Part shown: positions 10,051 through 17,672 of the stretch, piece after piece | Position numbering within the stretch: the stretch's first letter is position 1 | Layout of the letters: every line of letters starts with the position of its first letter | Source: Promethearchaeia archaeon | GTDB taxonomy: Archaea; Asgardarchaeota; Lokiarchaeia; Sigyniarchaeales; SOKP01 | Assembly (NCBI GenBank): GCA_046497275.1 | Contig: JAWOFX010000054.1 | Location: 3,880-67,879 of the forward strand | DNA length: 64,000 bases | Direction of reading: 5' to 3' | Translations under genes and position numbers: made by a program | The notes under the pieces: model-generated | Databases searched by the model: none | The model's input: only the letters and a program-made list of their open reading frames with translations | Told to the model about the DNA's origin: nothing

Positions 10051-11466
10051 CTAATAATTTTTTATTAAACTCTTAATTTGAGTGAAATTCTTATTTAAAA
10101 AAGCCTCCTTAAATAATGCTTTATCCTCATTATTTAACTCAAGAATCGGAAATGTTTTAATTAATCTTCTCACTTGACTTAACCCTAAATATTTTCGAGT
10201 ATATTCGGCATTAGAATATTTATATGTTGTTAAGAATTCACTATCTAATCTTTCTCTAAAATATTCAAGAGTAAAATTAAAATAATCTTTTAATATCCTT
10301 TGATCAGAGATCTTCAATAAAGGGTTAAAAAAGATTTGAATAGGACAAGTTCTATAGGTATTTTTGGAGACAAATATACCATCTACATTGAAATCTTTTT
10401 GAATTTCATAAAGTCCTGCTCTTCCTTGAAATGTTCCACTATCAATAGTTTTTACGTACAAAATATTTTCCTTTACCTTCGTTGCCAATCTTTCATTTAT
10501 ATATAATATAGTTGATTCATATCCGCCAGAGACAAATTTATTTGTATCAATTACCTTTATTTTCTCATCTCCTTGATTACTTTGAATAATGTCCTTTTTC
10601 AAATAATAACTCACCTTAGGAGATTTATTTGTTTTATATGTTTCTAAAAATTCATCGAATTCAAATCCACCTCGAAAATTGTAGGTACTTAGGAGAATAT
10701 AATCTCTTTTAATTATACTGTTAGTTTTATATTTTATACCTTTGAATTTAGAAGGATTAAGATTTGGATTTTTTTTTCTTTGAAAGAAACCAATCATTAT
10801 ATTAGTTCCTGTAGAATCAAAAATTTGGGTTTCGAAAATTACAACTTTATTAACGTTATAGTATTTTAAAAAATCTAATCTGAATTTATTTGAAACAGAC
10901 GCCCCAAAAAGAAAATTAGTGGGAATTAAATAAATTAAATTTTCTAATTCATTTCGTAAGTCATTAATTAGAGCGATTTGATATAGATCTTGATATCCCA
11001 TATTCTCTCCCTCGAAATATTGAAGAAGAGGCTTCATTTCCTCATGTTTTCTGATATATCCCAAGTATAAATAAGGTGGATTCGTAATATGAAATAATGG
11101 ATATTGTTTTAATTTGAGAAAATCTGGGAAATTCTTAAGATTATCTCTGCATAAAATATTATTTTCAGCAATTTTCTGAGGGATAGAAAACTCTTTCGCT
11201 TTTTTTAAGCAATCTTTTACCATAACCTCTTGAGTGTCAGATAAGAAAATATGATGTTTAAAGAAAGAAATTCGCTCATCTTCAGGAATAAATTTCAAGA
11301 TAGGAAAAATTAAATCACCCTTTCCACAAAAAAGGTCAATCCATACATAATCATAGAGATAATCTTTAATATAGGGAAAAATATGGTCAATAAATATATC
11401 AGAAGGTGTCAGATGAACTCCTAATTTTCTCCTATTTCCTTTATCTATAGGTTTTTTTCTTTCCAT
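10051..11466 (-). CDS. N6-adenine methyltransferase (Eco57I/gamma-class-like) with a large C-terminal domain
   Basis: GVHLTPSDI near the N-terminus, SAM motif I DLFCGKGDL, catalytic motif IV FHITNPPY. About 330 aa of uncharacterised C-terminal sequence. Confidence 0.65.
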   Translation of the reverse strand: MERKKPIDKGNRRKLGVHLTPSDIFIDHIFPYIKDYLYDYVWIDLFCGKGDLIFPILKFIPEDERISFFKHHIFLSDTQEVMVKDCLKKAKEFSIPQKIAENNILCRDNLKNFPDFLKLKQYPLFHITNPPYLYLGYIRKHEEMKPLLQYFEGENMGYQDLYQIALINDLRNELENLIYLIPTNFLFGASVSNKFRLDFLKYYNVNKVVIFETQIFDSTGTNIMIGFFQRKKNPNLNPSKFKGIKYKTNSIIKRDYILLSTYNFRGGFEFDEFLETYKTNKSPKVSYYLKKDIIQSNQGDEKIKVIDTNKFVSGGYESTILYINERLATKVKENILYVKTIDSGTFQGRAGLYEIQKDFNVDGIFVSKNTYRTCPIQIFFNPLLKISDQRILKDYFNFTLEYFRERLDSEFLTTYKYSNAEYTRKYLGLSQVRRLIKTFPILELNNEDKALFKEAFLNKNFTQIKSLIKNY

Positions 11467-11559
11467 TATCTTTAATCTCCCTAATTACTTACATAATGTG
11501 AATAAAATTATCGATAAAATAAATCAATAATATTTTTGAAAAATAGCTTGTTTTTTTAT

Positions 11560-12267
11560 CTATTTCAGCCTAAAGTAAAGTCTTCTGTTATCTTTTCCCT
11601 TATTCACGCTTTTGATAAAAAAGATTTTTCCAATTTCTTGTAAATTTCTAACATGTGTTCCGGCATCTGCTTGTTCATCAATCTCCCCAATTTTAACAAT
11701 TCTAACGTGCTTAATATTATCTGGTAATCCCATTGATAATCGTGTTATTTCAGATCTTTTCATTGCTTCCTCTCTGGAAATAGTAAAAATCTCAATCGGA
11801 ATTTTCTTTTTTATAATCTTATTAGCTTTATCTATTGTTTGTTTAAATTTATTTGGATCATAATCCTCCATAGAAAAATCTATTCTTGTATGGTCTAAAC
11901 CAATTTGATTACCTGTAATCATCGCTCCATAATTATCATGCACTAAAGCTGATAATAAATGACTAGCTGTATGATAGCGCATAAATGTATATCTTCGTTC
12001 CCAGTCTAATTCACATTCTACTAAATCACCAGGTATTAACCCTTCTTTATCTACTTCATGACTAATTTTTCCAGAAAATTTCCCTACATAAACAACTTTA
12101 TACTTTTCACCGTTTTTCCGTATAATACCTTTATCGTAGGGTTGTCCACCTCCTTTCGGATAAAAAGCGGTTTCTGAAAGAATAATAAATTTTCCTTCTG
12201 AAACAGAAATAACTTTAGATTTCCAAGTTTTTAAATATGAATCTTCTAAATAAAGAGGAGATTCCAT
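11560..12267 (-). CDS. alaX: Alanyl-tRNA editing protein AlaX (AlaX-M type)
   Basis: N-terminal beta-barrel region, HTASHLL zinc motif, and a ...AGTHV... second motif. 235 aa. Confidence 0.8.
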   Translation of the reverse strand: MESPLYLEDSYLKTWKSKVISVSEGKFIILSETAFYPKGGGQPYDKGIIRKNGEKYKVVYVGKFSGKISHEVDKEGLIPGDLVECELDWERRYTFMRYHTASHLLSALVHDNYGAMITGNQIGLDHTRIDFSMEDYDPNKFKQTIDKANKIIKKKIPIEIFTISREEAMKRSEITRLSMGLPDNIKHVRIVKIGEIDEQADAGTHVRNLQEIGKIFFIKSVNKGKDNRRLYFRLK

Positions 12268-12383
12268 GAATAGAATTAAATGAGGATTCTATAAATTTTT
12301 TTTGAAGCATAGTTAATATTGAAATGTATTTAAATAAATATTATTGGATTTATTGAATATGTTAAAATAATGCTAAAATAGAA

Positions 12384-12692
12384 TTAATCAAGACCAACCA
12401 AAAGTTTAAATTCATCTGGTTCTGTTTTCTCGTCAATAGCTGAAATCTTATAATCAATTGCAATTCTATCTCTAAGATTAGATGATTTCCTCGCTGCAAT
12501 AAATTTTAAACGGGGTTCTGCTTCTGAGCCATGCCATAACCAGAGAGTTTTTGATAATTGATCAAGAAAAATTAAAACTGAATTTGAATTTAATAAATCA
12601 ATCAAAAGTTTTCCTTCAGGATTAATCTCTATAAATTCTTCTGATTCCAAATCTAATTTATAGACAACATAATCCTTTAGTTCTTCTTCCAA
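12384..12692 (-). CDS. Single-domain gelsolin/cofilin-like protein
   Basis: 102 aa. LLNSNSVLIFLDQLSKTLWLWHGSEAEPRLKFIAARKSSNL...EKTEPDEFKLLVG follows the gelsolin-repeat pattern (LnSgDvfILD..g..iyvW.G..as..ek..A....EG.Ep.eF). Confidence 0.55.
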   Translation of the reverse strand: MEEELKDYVVYKLDLESEEFIEINPEGKLLIDLLNSNSVLIFLDQLSKTLWLWHGSEAEPRLKFIAARKSSNLRDRIAIDYKISAIDEKTEPDEFKLLVGLD

Positions 12693-12941
12693 ATTTCAAC
12701 CCCTTACTTTTTATTTGTTTAAATTGAATATCTAACATTAATATTATATGATTATAACATTTATTATAATATTTACCAATATAACTCGAAAATTTCAATT
12801 ATAGAAGAATCTAAAACTAGATTTCACATCTTTTTATAAATAAAATTATGTTAATTATGTTTTAATAGAAATTATTAAATAATTAATGCAAATTTTACTT
12901 AATTAAAAAAAACAGAACTTATAAAATAGAGGAGAATTTGT

Positions 12942-13619
12942 TTGGTTTTAGAAGCAGAAAGTGACAAAATACCATTTTTTAAACAATATTTTTCAGTAAT
13001 TATCTTAGCAGCTAATGTTCTTGTATTCATATGGCAGGTTACCGACCCTACAGGAAATATGCAAATAGAATTTGCATTCGTTCCCTCAGAATTTTTCGCC
13101 GGGCAAAAGTTATGGACCCTTCTTACTTCAATGTTTATGCATGGCGATATAATTCATATTGTTATGAATATGTGGTTTTTTATTATCGTGACAGATAATT
13201 GTGAACATGCTATGGGACATATTGTGTATATTATTACGTATTTTGCCTCAGGATTTTTAGGGAGCATTCTTCATGCACTTAGCACACTGATTATACCGGT
13301 TTATGGACCAATATTAGCCAGCATTCCCTCATTAGGAGCATCTGGGGCAATCTTTGGACTTATGGGAGTATATATTATCTATTATCCTCAAAATAAGTTT
13401 TATATGCCATCAACAACTGGAACTTCAATGCGGAAAGTTAGTGCATACTATTTCATTATAACATATTTTATTACTGAATTGACCTACGCAATATATTCGT
13501 TATATGACCCATTTGGAATGGGTTCAACAGCTCATTTTGCTCATATTGGAGGATTTATAGCAGGTATAGTTATTGCAGGGATAGTGAAAGCAACTAAGAG
13601 CACTAAAAAAAAGACTTAA
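12942..13619 (+). CDS. Rhomboid family intramembrane serine protease
   Basis: TTG start. Catalytic GASGAIFGLMG (GxSG) and HFAHIGGFIAG histidine helix, HGD..H motif, 6 TM. Confidence 0.85.
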   Translation: MVLEAESDKIPFFKQYFSVIILAANVLVFIWQVTDPTGNMQIEFAFVPSEFFAGQKLWTLLTSMFMHGDIIHIVMNMWFFIIVTDNCEHAMGHIVYIITYFASGFLGSILHALSTLIIPVYGPILASIPSLGASGAIFGLMGVYIIYYPQNKFYMPSTTGTSMRKVSAYYFIITYFITELTYAIYSLYDPFGMGSTAHFAHIGGFIAGIVIAGIVKATKSTKKKT

Positions 13620-13793
13620 GTTTAAACTCGAAAAATTGACTCAATTTTTTTTATTTTTTTAGATTTAGTTTTTAATTATATTCTTACACGAAAAGGGAAT
13701 AGAATTTATTATAGACTGGAAAGCAATTTTCATATTCTGAGTATGTTAAAATCATCTTAAAAATATTTGAAAAGAAAAAAAAGAAAAAAATGA

Positions 13794-14645
13794 TTATTCG
13801 ATCGAATCGATAATTTTATCTAGCTCCTTATCTGATAAAAATCCTTTATGTTGCATAATTTCTTTAATTTGAGCAACAATTTTCGGAGCATCTTTTATTT
13901 TTTCTAGATCTTGTTTATGGTGTTCAATATCTTTAGTTAATGCATCTATTACATTATTTTTATCATCGATTTTCTCTTTTAACTCTCTAATTTCATTGTC
14001 TTTAGCCGAAATTTCCTCTTTCAACCTTGAAGTTTCAGTATTGAGTTCAGTTCTAATTCTACTAATCTCGTCATCCTTCTCTTTAATAGTTTCTTCTAAG
14101 TCATTGTTTAATTTATTTATCTCGTTTTTATTCCCTTCAATTGAATTTTTTAATTCTTCTATTTCGTCTTTTTGTTGAGAAATTATATTTTCTTTTTCTT
14201 TAATCTGCTCTTCAAGATGCTTCTTTTCGTTTTGAAGTACACCTAATTTTTTATTTAAATCTCCTTCAATTTCAAGTAATTTTGATTCTAGATCAGATCT
14301 TTCGGATTCTAATCTTTCTATCTCTTCATTATTCTGATTTAATTCTCGCTCTAACGTTTTTAGCTTTTCTTGTTCAGATTCTAATTCCGTTTCAGTTTTT
14401 TTTAATTTTTTATTTAGCTTATCTATAGTTTCCCTTTTTTCTTTAAGTTCTCTTTTACAAGAAGAAATTTGGCTTTCAAGATCGTTAATTCTATTTCTTA
14501 AATCAATCAAATGCGTCCCTACGATCTTGTGTTTTTTATCTGGTTTTTTTTCTATATCTTCCCATTCAATGCTAATGACTCTCACCTTCGTATTATGGTT
14601 GTAAATAATAAACTTATAACACACTTTAGATAAAAATGTTTTCAT
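13794..14645 (-). CDS. Coiled-coil protein, unknown function
   Basis: About 220 aa of Glu/Lys/Leu heptad-like sequence after a short beta-rich N-terminus. Confidence 0.5.
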   Translation of the reverse strand: MKTFLSKVCYKFIIYNHNTKVRVISIEWEDIEKKPDKKHKIVGTHLIDLRNRINDLESQISSCKRELKEKRETIDKLNKKLKKTETELESEQEKLKTLERELNQNNEEIERLESERSDLESKLLEIEGDLNKKLGVLQNEKKHLEEQIKEKENIISQQKDEIEELKNSIEGNKNEINKLNNDLEETIKEKDDEISRIRTELNTETSRLKEEISAKDNEIRELKEKIDDKNNVIDALTKDIEHHKQDLEKIKDAPKIVAQIKEIMQHKGFLSDKELDKIIDSIE

Positions 14646-14770
14646 TTAAATCTAAATCTTTATTTCATTTTTGTAAAAAATCACTTTATCAATTTAATTC
14701 GTTGCTTTCAACTTAGTTTTCCTTTTTAAAAAAATTTAATAACATTTAAATATGAATGATACTTTGTGTG

Positions 14771-14794
14771 ACATAGTATTGAGCCACATAGTAT
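14771..14794. promoter_or_regulatory. Candidate operator: direct repeat acatagtat x2 upstream of the PadR gene
   Basis: acatagtat at 14771-14779 and 14786-14794 (15-bp period), embedded in tgtg-N14-caca, about 70 bp upstream of the PadR start at 14865. Confidence 0.25.
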
Positions 14795-14864
14795 AAGTGA
14801 AATAATATATCAAAAATATTATGGTACTCAAAAAAACCTTTAAAAAAACACGGAGGATATAAAA

Positions 14865-15395
14865 ATGATAAAAAGAGTGAAAGAATTACGAGCCGATGTG
14901 GAAATAGCATCTCCAAAATTTAGAGAATTTTTAGAGAAATTTGAATCTGAAATAAATCGCGGTATCAGTACCTTATGTATTTTGTCTATTATTGATCAGC
15001 ATAAAAACGATGGAACATATGGATATCAATTAATGAAAGAACTGGAAGAGAAAACAAGTGATATGTTAATAATTGAGGAAGGAACCTTGTATCCTCTTTT
15101 GAAAAATCTAGAACGGGATGAATTAATCGAATCAAAAAAGCAAAAAACGGGTAGACGCAGAAAATATTATTTTATCACAGAAAACGGTAAAAAAATTTTA
15201 AACTATTTAACTGGTTATTATTCAAAATTAACAAAGGCTATATCTGGAATAATTGATATCAATGTTGAGTTAAAAAACAAATATATCTATTGCCCAATGT
15301 GTGCAAATAAGATGGATATAACTAAAAATAAGTATAAATATTGTCCCGTTTGTGGATATAACCTTGAAGAAGATTTAAAAAAAAGAAAGGTGTAA
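14865..15395 (+). CDS. PadR family transcriptional regulator with C-terminal zinc ribbon
   Basis: GYQLMKELEE...EEGTLYPLLKNLERDELIES...GRRRKYYFITENGKK is the PadR wHTH. C-terminal CPMC...CPVC. Confidence 0.8.
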   Translation: MIKRVKELRADVEIASPKFREFLEKFESEINRGISTLCILSIIDQHKNDGTYGYQLMKELEEKTSDMLIIEEGTLYPLLKNLERDELIESKKQKTGRRRKYYFITENGKKILNYLTGYYSKLTKAISGIIDINVELKNKYIYCPMCANKMDITKNKYKYCPVCGYNLEEDLKKRKV

Positions 15396-15399
15396 AAAA

Positions 15400-16431
15400 A
15401 TGAATAAACAATCAGAAAAGATGATAGAAGGATATTTAAAAGAAGTTAAGGAAAAGCTGCCTGAATGGTTAAAAGATGATAAAGATGAATTGAATGGAGT
15501 TCTAGCAGAACTAGAAGATCATATTAGGAATAAAGCAATGGAAGTATCTAAGTCAGAAGAACTTTCAGAAGAATCAGTAGAATACGCTTTATCTTCTATG
15601 GGAAATCCGAGCAAAATTGCAAGAGAATATAAAAAGAGAGGGACTCCCTATGTATATATTACCAAAGAATTATGGCCAACCTATAAGAATGTGGTGTTAA
15701 TCGTTTTTACAGTGCTTGCTAGTGTATTCACATTTACTTTTATCTTGAATTTAATCTCGGGAAATTTCAAAGATGCGTTCAATTTTGCGGGATATATGTT
15801 AGGATTTTTTGCTTCCTTTACTATAATAACTGCAATTTTTGTTGCTTTATCAATGGAAGGATACTTACCGGAGGATTTTATATCTAAAGAGGAGAAGGAG
15901 AAAAAGGAAAAGGAATTGAAAAAAGCAGAAGAAATGGGAATGCCAATATCTCCTAAAACTGGTAAGCCTATGAAACCATTTGTAAATAAATGGGAAAAAT
16001 TAATAGGTGGAGCGATTGGTGCAATAATTGGAATTATTCTAATAGTTCAACCAGTTTCAGGATTCTTTGGGTTAATGGATGCTGAATTTCGATTTTATTT
16101 ATTAATAATTGGTGTGCTTTCATTAATCGATGCTTTTACTACAATAGTGAGAGGAGTTTTAGGAAATACTCGTGTAGAAATTCATCAAGCGATACAAATC
16201 TTTACAATTGTTCTAAAATTAATAGGAATTCCTATTCTTATATTGATACTTCTACAACCGGAAATTGTGCCAATTATTTATTGGAATGGATCTACATTCA
16301 TCAACGTGGGAATACCAATTGATTTCTACGATTCTTTCAGAATTACTTTAGGCATCTTAACAACCATATTCAGTATTTCTATAGCAGCAAATGTTTATGA
16401 GACTGTTAAATTAGAACGATATAAATTATAA
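15400..16431 (+). CDS. PadR-associated membrane protein (DUF1700/HAAS-like N-terminal domain plus multi-TM)
   Basis: Starts 5 nt after the PadR stop. N-terminus IEGYLKEVKEKLP...ELNGVLAELEDHIRNKA...SMGNPSKIAREY resembles DUF1700/HAAS. Several TM helices follow. Confidence 0.55.
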   Translation: MNKQSEKMIEGYLKEVKEKLPEWLKDDKDELNGVLAELEDHIRNKAMEVSKSEELSEESVEYALSSMGNPSKIAREYKKRGTPYVYITKELWPTYKNVVLIVFTVLASVFTFTFILNLISGNFKDAFNFAGYMLGFFASFTIITAIFVALSMEGYLPEDFISKEEKEKKEKELKKAEEMGMPISPKTGKPMKPFVNKWEKLIGGAIGAIIGIILIVQPVSGFFGLMDAEFRFYLLIIGVLSLIDAFTTIVRGVLGNTRVEIHQAIQIFTIVLKLIGIPILILILLQPEIVPIIYWNGSTFINVGIPIDFYDSFRITLGILTTIFSISIAANVYETVKLERYKL

Positions 16432-16440
16432 AACAATATT

Positions 16441-16471
16441 TATTTTTTTTTATTTTTTTATTTTATTTTTT
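16441..16471 (+). terminator. Oligo-T tract (archaeal-type terminator candidate)
   Basis: tatttttttttatttttttattttatttttt lies 10 nt downstream of the 16431 stop. Confidence 0.35.
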
Positions 16472-16567
16472 AGGTTATATAGTACTAATACTTTTTAATT
16501 AGAATTTTAAAAAACCTTTCTTTTAGTAAGAATATTATTTTAACAATATTTTAAAATTAATTAATCA

Positions 16568-17391
16568 ATGAAGGAAATTTTAAAAGAGAAAGAAGTAGTT
16601 AATAATACACCTCATCCTAACACAAAAAATTCATTAAAAAGAGATCTAAAAAGATTAGGATTAATTAAGGAAGATATCATAATTTTACATACTTCCTTAA
16701 GTAAAATTGGATGGACTATAGGTGGATCTGTAACTGCTATTAATGCTCTGATGGAAGTTTTAACATTAAATGGAGCAATTGTAATGCCGACCTTTACCTC
16801 TGATAATAGTGAACCATCGAGATGGGAAAATCCTTCTGTTCCCCAAGATTGGTGGCCTTCAATAAGAAAACACATGCCCCCATATAATCTAGAATATATA
16901 CTCCAACGAGAGGTGTTGGGAGAATTCCAGAAGTTTTTAGAAAATTCCCAAATGTAATTAGGAGTGATCATCCAATTTCTTCTTTTGCTGCGTGGGGTAA
17001 ACATGCGAAAGAAATAATTGAGAATCACAAGCTTGAAGCCGATTTAGGAGAAGGATCACCACTTTCCAAAATTTATGAGTTAAATGGAAAAATCTTATTA
17101 TTGGGTGTTGGTCATTCTAATAATACGTCCCTTCATCTTGCAGAATATAGAAGTAACTATAATGGAAAAGAATTTAGAGATACAGGTTCGGCCATGAATG
17201 TTGATAATAAACGAAAATGGGTGATATGGAGGGAGTTAAATCATAATAGTGATGATTTTAATAAGATTGGGAACGATTATGAACGGAAAATAGGGTATAT
17301 ACCTAAGAAAGTTGGATTAGCAACCTCAAGATTGTTAAATCAGAGAGATTTAATTGATTTTGCTGTGGAATGGATGAGAAAAAATCGATAA
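16568..17391 (+). pseudogene. Aminoglycoside N3-acetyltransferase (AAC(3)) family gene interrupted by a frameshift
   Basis: Frame 2 (16568-16957) encodes LKRDLKRLGL...ILHTSLSKIGW..GG...MPTFT. Frame 1, open from 16888, continues [37 protein letters not shown]...[17 protein letters not shown]. Together they make one collinear AAC(3)-family protein. The shift is most likely in the atatata run at 16894-16900. Confidence 0.7.
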
Positions 17392-17493
17392 AATTGGTTT
17401 AAATTAACTTTTTAAATTAATTATTTAATCGATATTTATTAGTGGTTTTTTACAAATAATTGATCTATTTTTATTAGTATTCAAAAAATATTG

Positions 17494-17510
17494 AATTGAA
17501 AATTTCAATT
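17494..17510. promoter_or_regulatory. 17-bp perfect palindrome upstream of the acx-like operon
   Basis: aattgaaa-a-tttcaatt, about 165 bp upstream of the 17673 start. Confidence 0.25.
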
Positions 17511-17672
17511 TCCATTATTATCAAGTAAACTTTTATAAATTAAAAAAAAGAATTTAGATTTGTCAAAAAAACTTAATGGAAAATTTAGAAATCTTATTAT
17601 TCAGTAATAAAATTCAACTGGATATGATATTTTCTAAAATTTTTTTGAGATTTAATTAAAATTTAATAAAAA

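Noticed and set aside
16441-16480. Periodic T-rich tracts (tattttttttta ttttttta ttttatttttt; likewise 22581-22600 tttttattttattttatttt) considered as tandem repeats or a CRISPR-like array.
   Set aside because: These are simple low-complexity oligo-T runs immediately after stop codons, with no repeat-spacer structure. They fit better as archaeal oligo-T terminators. No CRISPR array is visible anywhere in the window.
16888-16957. Programmed ribosomal frameshift as the explanation for the split AAC(3)-family gene.
   Set aside because: I saw no recognisable slippery heptamer plus downstream structure. A TA-repeat indel (a mutation or an assembly error) is the simpler explanation.
16612-17028. 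138-aa minus-strand ORF overlapping the AAC(3)-family gene. The same applies to many 60-100-aa ORFs in the track that lie antisense or out of frame inside longer genes, for example 976..1173, 3081..3374, 4022..4216, 5648..5932, 9695..9880, 11612..11863, 13996..14178, 17663..17887, 25265..25450, 26640..26858, 30893..31198, 35835..36062, 38933..39226, 42931..43221, 43376..43648, 52950..53207, 55708..55959 and 58630..58821.
   Set aside because: Each lies fully within a longer ORF that has clear family motifs on the other strand or frame. Their translations are low-complexity (Ile/Phe/Ser/Leu-rich) with no recognisable motifs. I treat them as shadow ORFs.
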